DNA of 63,646 nucleotides, the filler included, from Olpidium bornovanus S191 (Eukaryota > Fungi > Olpidiomycota): NCBI GenBank assembly GCA_017911155.1. It is 25 parts of 25 records of this genome, joined end to end, with 100 filler letters (N's around TTAATTAATTAA, not from the genome) between each part and the next. Parts side by side here need not be neighbours in the genome. Positions count along the whole stretch, not along the records: positions 12,711 to 13,822 come from JAEFCI010013335.1; positions 13,923 to 14,989 come from JAEFCI010011703.1; positions 15,090 to 19,263 come from JAEFCI010006158.1; positions 19,364 to 20,414 come from JAEFCI010004914.1; positions 20,515 to 22,611 come from JAEFCI010002785.1; positions 22,712 to 35,067 come from JAEFCI010002098.1; 19 more parts are not named here. One strand, given 5' to 3'. Positions 13,581-24,439 of this stretch are shown here, in pieces. The stretch's first letter is position 1, and each line of letters starts with the position of its first letter. The translations under genes were made by a program, and so were the position numbers. Below the pieces are notes generated by a model. That model was not told the DNA's origin and did not search any database. It saw only the letters and a list, made by a program, of their open reading frames with translations.

Positions 13581-13993
13581 GAAATGAAGGAAAGGAAAAC
13601 GCCCGCGCGTGCTCACGGGATTGCTGTAATCCCGCCGCTGCGGAATGATCGTCATCATGCGCGTGCATGGGTAGGGTGTGGGGAGGGGGAAGGGGGGGGG
13701 GCATGGGGGAAGATGTCCACGTGGACCGAGAGGAAATTTCCGCGGCGAAGTGCTTCCCCGGTGCGACGTCTCGCCGCGGGTGCCGCCCAGTGTTTCCCGG
13801 ACGCCATATAGGGCGCCGGCCANNNNNNNNNNNNNNNNNNNNNNNNNNNNNNNNNNNNNNNNNNNNTTAATTAATTAANNNNNNNNNNNNNNNNNNNNNN
13901 NNNNNNNNNNNNNNNNNNNNNNAAGCCCGAGAAAGGGTAAATGGGAAGGTGTGTGCGCGGCGGAATCAGCGATCACCGTCTCCCGACCGTCCC

Positions 13994-14048
<55 letters not shown>

Positions 14049-14378
14049 GGAAAAAAAGGGAAAAAAAAAAAAAAAAAAAAAAATTATTGCCCCCGTTCCC
14101 CCCCCCCCCACCCCCCCCCCCCCCCCGCACCCCCCCCGCCCCCGCGCGGCGCCCCCCACACCCCCGCCCAAAAAAAAGGGAAACAAAATTTTTCTTTTTT
14201 TTTTTTTTTTTTTTTTTCCCTTTTTTTTTTTCCCCCCCCCCCCCCCCCCAACCCACAAAAACACACAAAAAAAAAATGTCGGATGCTCGAACCGGACCGG
14301 AACCGCGAGCTGAAAATGGGAGCAGGCCGGGTCGACGCTCTGGACGGTGTCCGAAGCCGTTTAGGCTGGCCCGGCCGG

Positions 14379-14989
14379 CTAGCGTAGGAAGGGAGAGCGG
14401 AAGGACGGCGAGCTGATCGACGCCCGGGGAGGCGGCGTGAGGGCGTCGAGCGACGGCGGAAACGGCTGCGGGCCGGGCTGCTCCTGCGCCGGCGGCGAGG
14501 CCCGCTCGCCCGTCGAAGACACGTGGTCGACGAACCTCTGGATCTCCGCTTTGCACTTCTCGCACCGCCGGCCGCCGACCGCGAAACACGCGCGGTTGAA
14601 TTCCGGCGAGAGCAGCTCGTTCAGGTGGGCGCGCAGGACGTCGACCGAGGGCACGGATTGGCCGCCGCCGCCGCCGCCGGTCCCCCGAGCCGCCGGCGTG
14701 TCGGCGTGGGTGCACATGAGGAACAGCTTGTGGATCACGAAGGCCTGGTTTTCCATCGCCAGGGCCGCCTGGTTCAGGATCGGCGTGAGTTTGTCGAGCG
14801 CGGGAGGATTGAGCGGCTGGCCAGTCTCCGGCGGCGGCGGCGGCGGCGGCGTCGCGCTCCGCTGCCGGGGGCGGGGCGCTTCCCCGCTCTCCGGCGGCGG
14901 CGGCGGCGGCGTCGCGCTCCGCTGCCGCGGGCGGGGCGCTTCCCCGCTCTCCGGCGGCGGCGGCGGCGGCGTCGCGCTCCGCTGCCGCG
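14379..14989 (-). CDS. Hypothetical protein exon; 5' part is a 60-63-bp coding tandem repeat (RQRSATPPPPPESGEAPRP x3)
   Basis: Open frame ...LDKLTPILNQAALAMENQAFVIHKLFLMC...LRAHLNELLSPEFNRACF... Repeat units begin at 14826, 14889 and 14949. No family recognised. Confidence 0.45.
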
Positions 14990-15222
14990 NNNNNNNNNNN
15001 NNNNNNNNNNNNNNNNNNNNNNNNNNNNNNNNNTTAATTAATTAANNNNNNNNNNNNNNNNNNNNNNNNNNNNNNNNNNNNNNNNNNNNCATGAATTTGA
15101 TCTGGGCGACGCTCCTTCCCTCTCCCCCTCTCTCTCTCTCTCCCTCGAGGACGCGCATTACGCGCAAAAAACCCTATTCGGAAAACGCTCTCTCTCTCTC
15201 TCTCATCTCTCTCATCTCTCTC

Positions 15223-15270
<48 letters not shown>

Positions 15271-15415
15271 CTCTCTCGCAGCGCCCGCGCGCTCTCGAAC
15301 ACACCCACCGCCGCCGCCACCACCACCACCACCTTCCGCCCGGCGCGCGCGCCCCTTGCCCCTCCCCTCCCCCCTCGGAACTCTCGAACCGGAGGAAAAA
15401 GAAAAACAAAATAAA

Positions 15416-17585
15416 ATGCGGAGGGCGGGAACTACGGCGGCGGCCGGGGACGCGGAGGGAGAAGGACCGAGAGCCAAAAGCGGCTACGGCGCCCGCGACC
15501 TTGGCGGCGGGGCCGCCGCCGCCGCCGCCTGCGGCCTCGTCGGCAGCGACTGGGTCCAGGAGGCGCTTTACGAGGTGTGGTCGGGCCGGGGGTAAAGGGC
15601 GGCGACGGTAAAAAGCGCCGTACTTCGCCTCTCTCTCTTTCTCTCTCTCTTTCTCTCTATCTCTTTCTCATCTCTTTCGCTTGCTTTTCTCCGAGATGGG
15701 ATCGCGGGAAACCGAGAGGCGCGACGTCCTCTCTTCCCCCCTTTCTCGACTCACGTTAACGTTTTCCTTTTTTTTTTTTTTTTTTTTTTTTTTACTTGCC
15801 ACGTTCATCTCAACCCCTCCCCCTTTCCTTCCCCTTCCCATCCCGGTTCGCGGGTGAATCTCAAAAAAACAAAAAAAAAAAAAAAAAAAAAAAAAGTCGC
15901 AGCGCGGGTTCTCCCTCGCCGGCCGGTTCAAGTTCTCCGGCAACGCGCTCCTGCCGTTCGACCCGCCGCAGTGGACGACCCCGCTCGGGACGCCGCCCCC
16001 CGCGAGGCCGAAACACCTGCTGGTGCCCTCCGAGGACGTCTGGGAGTGGGCAACAGTTGCGTGGGTTTTGCCGGGGCAATTTTTATTTTTTTGGGAGCAA
16101 GAAAGTCGACGACGACACACTCTCCCTCCAGCCTTTCAAACGGACTTTACGGTTTTTTTTTGATGCCTGCCGATAACACTTCTCTACCGCTCCCTCCTTT
16201 CGCTCGTTTCCGCAGGAGTGGCTGGTCGACATGCGCCTCAGTTGCGACCGCAACGGATGGCAGTATGCGTTTGTGAGTGGCGTTCCGGCTCTGTGGAAAA
16301 AAATAAAAGTTGAATCGCCTTTGCCTCGTGTGCGCGCGCGTGCGTGTGGTCGATGAGGTTATCATTAAAAAGGAAATTAACTCGCCTTCCCTTGCCTCCT
16401 TCCCACATCCCCACTCCCCCCTCCTCCCCCCCCTTTTTCTTTTCCTCCGTCCCTTTGCTTTTCATCTTCAACGCCGCCGAACACGTCTTGCGACAGGCCT
16501 TTTTTTCCAGGTGGCATCCGACTTGCGGCGGTATTCATCGATTTGTTCGGCGGCGAAAGTGGGTCCGTTTCCGCCGGATAAAGGTGAGAAAGTCGGTTTG
16601 TTTCTTTTTTATTTTTGCCCTTTTTCCTTTCTTTCTTTTTTTTTTTTTTTTTTTTCGCTTATCACCTGTCTGGAAAGCTTCGGCCGGATTCAAACGGTTT
16701 TTTTTTTGGTCGTTGTGGTTGTCGCCCGTGTTGAGCCACAAGCGATGCTCCAGCGTTCCGCTGAGCGGGAGGACATGGACGCCGCGCGGGACACCGAGAG
16801 GGTCATCACGGTGGCGTCCGCGGCCGCCTCGGCGACCCCTTCGGAGTTGTCGGGACCGACCCCCGGCAGCTGCGGCTTGCCGGCGTCGGCCGAAACCCTG
16901 ACGGAGCCGTCGTCCGCGGTCGGGCCAGCCAAGGGCGCGATCGGCGACGAACCGCAGGCGGCACTGCCGCCGCCGCCGCACAAGGCGGGGCTCGAGGCGG
17001 CGGACGACGCGGAATCGTCGCCGGACGCGATGTGGCGACGGCTGATGAATGAGTGCAGAATCGACCGCGAGCGGCTGGAGGTTCTGTGCTGCCTTTCGGA
17101 GGCGGTCCCGGAGGAGGTGGTCTCCAGGGTAAGTTTGCGGCGGGGCCGGCCCGCGCTAGGAGGAGGGGTGTGTGCGCGTGTGCGCGATGCACAGGCTACA
17201 AACGCGCGGAAAAACGAAGAACCCGTCGAATTTGAGAAAAAGAAAAGCAGAAGGGGGAGGGGGAGGAACAGGGCAAGCTATTTTTTTTTTATCGCGTCCA
17301 GCGGAGTTGCACGTAACTGAGGTTTCTTTTTTCTCTTTTTTAAAAACAAACGACTTTGTCCGGCTCTTTTGGAACGCACGAAAAAAAAAAAAAAAAAAAA
17401 AGCTTGACGACTGCCTCGCGGTCCTCGACTACAACCGGTCGCGCGCGACGTTCCTCCGGACCCTGCTGGAAACTTCGAAAGACGTCCGACGGAGAGTCTC
17501 GCGGGAAGGGACGCCGGAGCGGCGGGAGGTCGAGAGGCGCCTGGCGTTCTTTAGCTACTGGGCCGAGCTCGGCATCGGCGCGTGA
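15416..17585 (+). CDS. Dysferlin (DysF)-domain protein, Mug65/Spo73-like, multi-exon
   Basis: Exons encode EALYE / QRGFSLAGRFKFSGNALLPFDPPQWT...WEW / EWLVDMRLSCDRNGWQY / WHP...RFVRRRKWVRFR and the C-terminal RIDRERLEVL...LAVLDYNRSR. Confidence 0.75.
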
Positions 17586-17850
17586 GATCTTTCGCCGTAT
17601 GCCTTTTTTGTTTTCTCCCTTGCCTTGACGCATTTTCAACTGGTCCCCCCCACTTCTCTCCCTCCCCCCCGGCGCCCTCTCCTTCCACGTGTACTTGTTC
17701 AGCGGACCTCGTCACCGTCATCCATCGTGCAACTGCGAGATGTGGCCTCGAATTCATAGTGAAACAGGCTATAACATACAGTGTCCATTGTACATAAAAA
17801 AGCGGCTCTTGGCCCAAAATGCAGTTCTTTTTTCTTTTTTTTTTTTTTCC

Positions 17851-18372
17851 TTAAGTTTCCTTGACGACGACGTTGACGGTGACCCACTTCTCCGGGTCCT
17901 CGATACTCCTCACACGGTGGGCTTCCGTGACCTTGCACCCGCGGGAGACGAACATGGCAACAACCTCGTCCAGCGTGGTGAACACCTTGCTCTCGGGCGT
18001 CCCGCGCTCCGTGTAGGCCCAGTAGCAGACGCGACGAGGGCGGCGGCGGCTGCGACCGTTCGGGGCGGGGGGCGCCTCCGCCGACAGGACCGCGTCGACG
18101 GTCTCGACGAAGAGAGGGGCGAGCTCTTTGAGCCACACGCACTCGGCGGCCACCACGACGTCGGCGGCGGCGGGGTCGTTGGGGTACGAGTCCCGCTGGC
18201 GGGACAGCGGCACGGACCAGTCCAGCGGCTGCGGGTCGGCGGCCGAGCCGCGGCCGAAGGGGCGCGCGCCCAGCCAGGTCCGGCAGCGGCGGCGGCGGCG
18301 GTGAGGAGCCGACGACGACGACGACGACGACGAAATGCCCTCCGCCTCCGCCTCCTCCTCTTCCTCCTCCTC

Positions 18373-18403
<31 letters not shown>

Positions 18404-18835
18404 TCCTCCTCCTCCGCCTCCGCGTTCGGGGAGCGGCGGCGGCGTCGTCCCGCGTCGGCTTCGGCGGCGGGGCGCGAGTTGCGCCAGAGCCACCCGCCCG
18501 CGGCGGCCACGCTGGCCACGTCGGTGCACAAGACGCTCCCGCCGGCGAAGAAGGCGACGCCAAGGCCGAGCAGGCCGGTGCCGGAGCCGAGTTCCAGGCC
18601 CCTCCGGCGACGCAGCGGCGGCGGCGGGCGCCGCGGGCCGCCGGCGCCTCTCCGGGCCTCCGCCGCGGCGCGCGGGAGCAAGTAGTCCAGCAGGACCAGC
18701 GACCCCTCCCACACGGAGCTCGCCGTCGCCGCGGCAATCGTGTACCCCTCGTCGAAAAAGCACGGGTCGAAGTAGTCGTCGTCGTCGCCGTCGCCGCCGC
18801 CGCCGCCTCCCGCCGCGGGCCGCCCGCCGGTTGTT

Positions 18836-18869
<34 letters not shown>

Positions 18870-19002
18870 GCCCGTGGTTCTCGGACCCGATCGTCAGAGC
18901 GGCGGCGCGCGGCCGCAGCGAGAGCGTGTGGTAGATCGCGTCCCCGTCCGCGACGACGGCGAGCGACAGCCGCGTCGTCGTCGCCGGCGTCGCCGTCGCC
19001 AT
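17851..19002 (-). CDS. SAM-dependent lysine methyltransferase, family 16 (METTL21-like), single exon
   Basis: SSVWEGSLVLLDYL, LELGSGTGLLGL, VLCTD, LDW and DVVVAAECVW motifs; long poly-Glu/Ser/Gly insertions. Confidence 0.85.
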
Positions 19003-19180
19003 GGACGGGTTGCTTCACACTCTTCCCGTTCCTTTTTCCCCGCCGGAGCAAGAGGCGGCAGCCGGGGAGGGGGAACAAAAGTAAATAAATAAAAGAATAA
19101 AAAAATTAAAATGCCGAACGTATAGAGAGTCTCTTAACGAGGTCCTCCCTCCTCCCCCCCCCCCCCCCCCGGGGGGGGCC

Positions 19181-19221
<41 letters not shown>

Positions 19222-19377
19222 CGCGGGGGGGGGGGGGGGGGGGGGGGGGGCGCGCCCCCCCCGNNNNNNNNNNNNNNNNNNNNNNNNNNNNNNNNNNNNN
19301 NNNNNNNTTAATTAATTAANNNNNNNNNNNNNNNNNNNNNNNNNNNNNNNNNNNNNNNNNNNNGGGGGGGGGCTGCC

Positions 19378-19416
<39 letters not shown>

Positions 19417-19423
19417 CGGTGTG

Positions 19424-19611
19424 TGTTGGAGCCGAGCCGAAGAAGAAGGCGAAGAAAGGAGAACTTGTATTTTGTGTTTGGGGCGTTTGTTTACCAGTTT
19501 CGTCTGGCCCTATTTTATGTGGCGGTGACTAAGGACTCTACAAAGGGGCGACAGGGGGTTTTGGTGGGAGGCGCAGTGCCCTCAGTAGCTCGCTCCCTCT
19601 ATTTTCTAACA
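19424..19611 (-). mobile_element. Solo LTR with 5-bp target-site duplication GTGTG
   Basis: TGTTAG...TCCAACA on the minus strand. GTGTG at 19419-19423 and 19612-19616. Homologous to the LTRs at 19641 and 21898. Confidence 0.85.
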
Positions 19612-19640
19612 GTGTGTGCCGCTACCACACAGGCCCCCCC

Positions 19641-20090
19641 TGTTGAAACGAAGCCTGAAACAGGGGCTGAAACACAGCCTGAAACAAGGGGGATAGTACA
19701 CTGCGCCCACTCCTCATTCGTTTACCCCTGTTGCCCCTTTGTAGAATTCCTAGCTCCCCGCCATATAAAAATGAGCCTGGAGTAGATAGCAACGCCACGC
19801 CCCGTACACACGAAAATACAATTCTCTCCTGCCTCTTCGGCTTCTGGTTCGGTCTGCGGCTTCCAAAATCCAACAGGTTATAAGCCCAAGCGGACTTCCC
19901 TGCCCGCGATAATCTCCCAAAGCTCAGAAGCCGAGACGTAAACGCAGAAGAAGCGCAAGCGAAAAAAAAAAGGAGAGCCGCCTGTCGGCAAACTGCGCAA
20001 AAGAGAGCCGCCCGTCGGCAACTGCGCAAAAGAGAGCCGCCCATCGGCAACTGAGCAAAAGAGAGCCGCCTGTCGGCAACTGTGCAATAG
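19641..20090 (+). mobile_element. 5' LTR (19641-19873) + PBS GGTTATAAGCCC (19874-19885) + leader with four 29-30-bp tandem repeats
   Basis: TGTTG...TATAAAA...TCCAACA followed at once by the PBS. Repeat unit GAGAGCCGCCYRTCGGCAACTG at 19973, 20003, 20032 and 20061. Confidence 0.8.
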
Positions 20091-20162
20091 GAGAGAACTG
20101 TCAGTGCTAACGCGGAAAACCACCGCCCGCACTCCGTCAGGCCAAAGCCACCATGGACGGAT

Positions 20163-20414
20163 TGTGAAAGTTATGTGTTTCGCCGCGTGAGGGCGTTGTA
20201 TTGTACACAGGAGTTTACGCGTTATAAGGGAGTAGACATAAACATTGAGCGGTTCCAACTATACTGTCCAACACTCCCCCTTGTTGTGAACGGGTTCAAA
20301 CGAGAAAAAGAAGAGAAAAGGAAAGAAATAAATGTCAAGTCGAATAAATGGAGTGTAAACCAAGTGAAACAACACACTCGGTAAACTTCGGTCTGGGTAA
20401 AGGCTTGGTGAAAA
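20163..20414 (-). mobile_element. pol: Ty1/copia 3' end: RNase H C-terminus, PPT and 3' LTR start
   Basis: The minus strand encodes FTKPLPRPKFTECVVSLGL, then PPT AAGGGGGAG followed directly by TGTTGG at 20273. The far LTR boundary is uncertain. Confidence 0.8.
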
Positions 20415-21854
20415 NNNNNNNNNNNNNNNNNNNNNNNNNNNNNNNNNNNNNNNNNNNNTTAATTAATTAANNNNNNNNNNNNNNNNNNNNNNNNNNNNNN
20501 NNNNNNNNNNNNNNGGCCTGCCGGGTCTGACCGGCTCAGCCTTGGGAACAGTATGGGGGACAGTGGGGCTGCGTGGCGGTTGACCGGGCACTGCTTTCCT
20601 TCCATCCATCCTTCCGTCCTTGCCGGCATCGCGCGCGACCGGCATCCCTTCTTTTTTCTTTTTTTGCGGCAACCAGAAGGAAGCAATTGACAATGAAAAT
20701 CGGAGTAACGGTAACGGGGATTTTCTTATTTTTTGAGCTAAACTTAAACCTCGGATCCAGAATTGCTTTTCACGGAAACACCAGGGTAATGCCTCGACCG
20801 CGTCGGGTGTGTGTCGGCCGTCATGGGGCCGTCGCCGTTGCCATGGTGGTGCCGTCCCCGTGCCGTCGCCATCGCTTTCAACTTCGCCGTTGTGGTCGTC
20901 ACCGCCTGTGGTGCTGTCTTCGTCGCCGTCGTGGGGCCACCGCCGGCACCGTCATCGTGCCGTTGCCGTACTGGGGTTGTTGTGCCAGGGGGTTACCGTG
21001 GTATCCCCCCTCCCCCCCTGTCCCCCCCTGTCCCGCGGCGCTGCGATCTGTTACCCTGTCGTATTCTGTTCAGAGCCGGAAGGACGCGAACGCACGCACG
21101 CACGCACTCTCTCTTTCTATCCCGTCTTCTCTGGAGAGCGGATGTAATGAGTGAAGAATGAAAGAGCACGAGCGAGCGCGAGAGACAGAGAGAGAGAGAG
21201 AGAGAAGATAGAGAGGAAACAGCCCTCCATTATCATGGCTACCGGCAGGCGTATCATTTCGTTGGGTAATGGGTTTTTGGCAAGTTCCATATGGATACAG
21301 GGCAGTGGAAAACCCTGTTCTAATCTAAGATTGAAACTCGAGGGGGTAGTCAATTGTCAGAATGTGACCTTGTCACCACTGAGACACTTCTTGACATAAC
21401 CTATAAAGAAATGAAAGAATTTTATTTGTTTCGGGCGTGAAAACGGGGAAGGGGAGAAAAGAGACGTTGCCGCAATTTCTAGCAGACAGTAACGATTACC
21501 ACAATTACTGAAGCAGGAAGCGCATGACGTACCCAAAATCAGAGTCCTATTGGCAGTTTTCAGCACCCGCATCCGCGCAGTCCTGAGCATCAAGACTGTA
21601 GCATTGGTGGGCGTGGGCACCCATGGCAAAACAGGAAACCGCCGCGACAAATGCGCAGATATACGAGGCGACCTTCATTCTAAAGTGTTCCCGGTGATAT
21701 GTCCGGTAACTGCGGGGACGACTGTCAAGCAGATTTGGTTAGCCCGAGAAACTCAAATGACCTTCGAGCAGCTCCCTTTTCTTGTAACACATGCGTGCTA
21801 AGCGGAGCGTATCCGATTCGTTGCGTGCGAGTTGACGGAAACTCGAGGTGGGGG

Positions 21855-21890
<36 letters not shown>

Positions 21891-21897
21891 CGGAGGG

Positions 21898-22116
21898 TGT
21901 TGGAGCTGAGCCGAAGAAGAAGACGAAGATGCGGCGAGCACCGCGGGTTTGAAGGGACGGGACGAGGAGAAAGGAGAACTGTATTCGGTGTTTGGTATTC
22001 GGGGCGTTTGTTTACTAGGTTTCTCTGGCCCAATTTTATATGGCGGCGACTAAGGACTCTACTCAGGGGTAACGCGGGCTGCGTGCGCGCAGTGCCTACA
22101 GCCCCTTTATTCTACA
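21898..22116 (-). mobile_element. Solo LTR with 5-bp target-site duplication GAGGG
   Basis: TGTAG...TCCAACA on the minus strand. GAGGG at 21893-21897 and 22117-22121. Same family as 19424-19611. Confidence 0.85.
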
Positions 22117-22363
22117 GAGGGGGCCCGTCTTTTTATACCCGCGGAAAGGTGAGCCGAAGGATGCCCATCAGTAGTATCATACAGTAGTGGGCCGAAACGC
22201 ACTGCTTGGGAACGGCGCCGTTTAACATTGAACCCTGCCAAATCTGAACGCACTGCGTCAAAAACGCCGTTTAACCTGCCAGATCACACTTCGTAATGAT
22301 GGTTCGCCGCGTCGCCGCAGGCGACGTAGGCGAACCTAATTACCCGAGGTGAGACGGTTGAAC

Positions 22364-22447
22364 TAGCTTGGTGTGCGTTCCCATTTTTCATCGCACTCAC
22401 ACTCGCACACACCGAGTGTGAGTGCGATGGGAACGCACACCAAGCTA
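22364..22447. repeat. 84-nt near-perfect inverted repeat (MITE-like or hairpin)
   Basis: TAGCTTGGTGTGCGTTCCC pairs with GGGAACGCACACCAAGCTA, and ATCGCACTCACACTCG pairs with CGAGTGTGAGTGCGAT. Confidence 0.85.
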
Positions 22448-22577
22448 CATAGTGAGACCATCGTTCCCCGTAGGGTAATTGTGCAACTGACGGGGAACGG
22501 CCAGGAAGAAGTGGAGGGGGGGGGGGGGGGGGGGGGGGGGGTTTTTTTTCCCCGGGGGGGGGGGCCCCCCCCGGCGG

Positions 22578-22610
<33 letters not shown>

Positions 22611-22711
22611 ANNNNNNNNNNNNNNNNNNNNNNNNNNNNNNNNNNNNNNNNNNNNTTAATTAATTAANNNNNNNNNNNNNNNNNNNNNNNNNNNNNNNNN
22701 NNNNNNNNNNN

Positions 22712-23165
22712 CATGTCCCCAAGCCGCAGCTGGAAGTTCTGAACGCATCAGGAGGGGACGCGCAATGAGCTGTATGCGCTTGATGAAAGACAGCTAATCC
22801 GTTTTGGGCGTGCTCATACGGCACCGAGTATGTCAACTCGATGCCGGTTGCGGTGCAAAAGTCCTCGAAGGCTTGCGACCGAAATTCACGAGCGTTGTCC
22901 ATCTGAAGCATCTTTATCGGATATTCCAAGTAGTGTGCCCAGAATTTGAGGACCTGTGCCAGAGTCTTCGCAAAAACTTGGTTTCACGTCGAAAGGAGCG
23001 AGATGTGAGAAACTATGCCAGCAGCATCGACAAGGACAAAGAAATACCGGAATGGTCCCGATGCTGGGCGTATCGGTCCGCAAAAGTCTCCATGGATCCT
23101 GGAGAGCATAACCGGCAATTCTTGCGGGAACTTCCATTTGGAAGGGCGAGAAACAAATTTTCCCC
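22712..23165 (-). pseudogene. pol: Ty1/copia integrase core (rve), inactivated
   Basis: GKFVSRPS...RIHGDFCGPIRPASGPFRYFFVLVD...LLST*NQVF...MDNAREF...QNGLA, then a frameshift into SFIKRIQLIARPLLMRSELPAAAWGH. In-frame TGA at 22984-22986. Confidence 0.9.
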
Positions 23166-23819
23166 TCCAAAAAGCCTTCGGGTTTCCGGAAACGCCGGGC
23201 AGAACGGGGCCAAAAAGCGCAGCGGCCGCCTGTTCCAAGAAAAGCGGCGTCTCCGACGGCAGACTCGCGGCGGAGCTGCTGCTGGTCCTGCAGCCGGAGC
23301 GGCTTTTCCAGCTCGCCCTGCACGAGGCGCAAGCGGTCGAGAGCGAGGGCGGTGGCGCTCTTCCCGTCGTTGGGCACGGGCAGTGTAGTCCTCCTCCGGA
23401 GGTGAGGCGGGGCGGCGGCGGCATGGGCGGCGGCGGCGGCAACGGGCGGCGGCGGCGGGAACGGGCGGCGGCGGCGACGTTGCCGGTGGCGCGCGGGCGT
23501 CTGTGCACGCGCAGTGGTGACGGCGCGGCCAAGGCACGACGGCAACGGCGGCCGTGACTTTCTCTCGGCGAAGAAGCGAGCCCGGCGGAGAGGGCGCACG
23601 GCAAGCAGGAAGCAGCGGGAGAGCGGAATGGTGCTGATAACGTGTTGCGAAAAGCTTCTTTCCGTCTTCCTTCTCTCCTTTTGTTTGCGGTTTGACGAGC
23701 GGGAGGGAGAAGCCCACTGGAGCTCCCCTCGCGGTCTTTGGCATCTTTGATCACGTGACCGTAGAGCGCACTCTTCCGGTTCACAACAAAAACCAAGCCC
23801 AAAGTTTGAAGGATAGAGG

Positions 23820-24420
23820 GCTTTGTGGCTATTGGTGCATTATGGGCATTTGAGGTGTTTGACGCATTTAAAATATTTTGGGTCATTAGAATTTGTAGCG
23901 AGTTTGGGACTTTTAGGCATTTGGGACATTTGGGTCATCTAGGGCCTGGCCTGTGCGGGGTGTTCAGACTATGTAGAAAATTCTAAGCTTTTTGTCGAAG
24001 AAAAAAACAGGCCCAAATCATCTGGGGCAATTGGGTGCGTTTTGGGCGTTGGGGGCATTAGAGACATCAGGGGTGTTTGGGAAATTTGGGGTTCGGGGAC
24101 ATTTGGGACATTTGAGGCGTTCGGGGTGCTTAGGGCATTCAGGGCGTTTGCGACATTCGGCGCATTTGGTGCTTTAGAGGAGTTTGGGAAGTTCGCAATG
24201 TTCGTGGCATTTGTGGCGTTTGCCGCGTTCGGGCCTTTTGGGCAGTTCAGGTCGTTCAGACAGTTTGGGGGATTTAGCGGTTTCGCTGTTTCGGAGCTTT
24301 TTGAGCTTCAAGGATCTCTGCAAATTCACGCTGTGCTATTGGGCTTCCAGGGTGTTAGGGCCCTTTAGCGCTTTCGTCACTTTTGGGGCATTTGCCGCGT
24401 TATCCACATTTAGGATTTCC
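23820..24420. repeat. Degenerate 9-bp minisatellite (GGGCATTTG / GGGACATTT-like)
   Basis: Period-9 pattern that reads G-x-F or G-H-L on + and N-A-P-like on -. Confidence 0.7.
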
Positions 24421-24439
24421 ATGCAAGAAGTCATAAAAT

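Noticed and set aside
17689-19092. Long Arg/Ala/Pro-rich ORFs overlapping real genes in other frames or strands (also at 97-2627, 32580-33467 and 37252-37981)
   Set aside because: Shadow ORFs expected at very high GC; only one frame carries family motifs.
20514-21800. Possible decayed transposase in AT-richer DNA
   Set aside because: No DDE, RT or other diagnostic motif recovered by eye.
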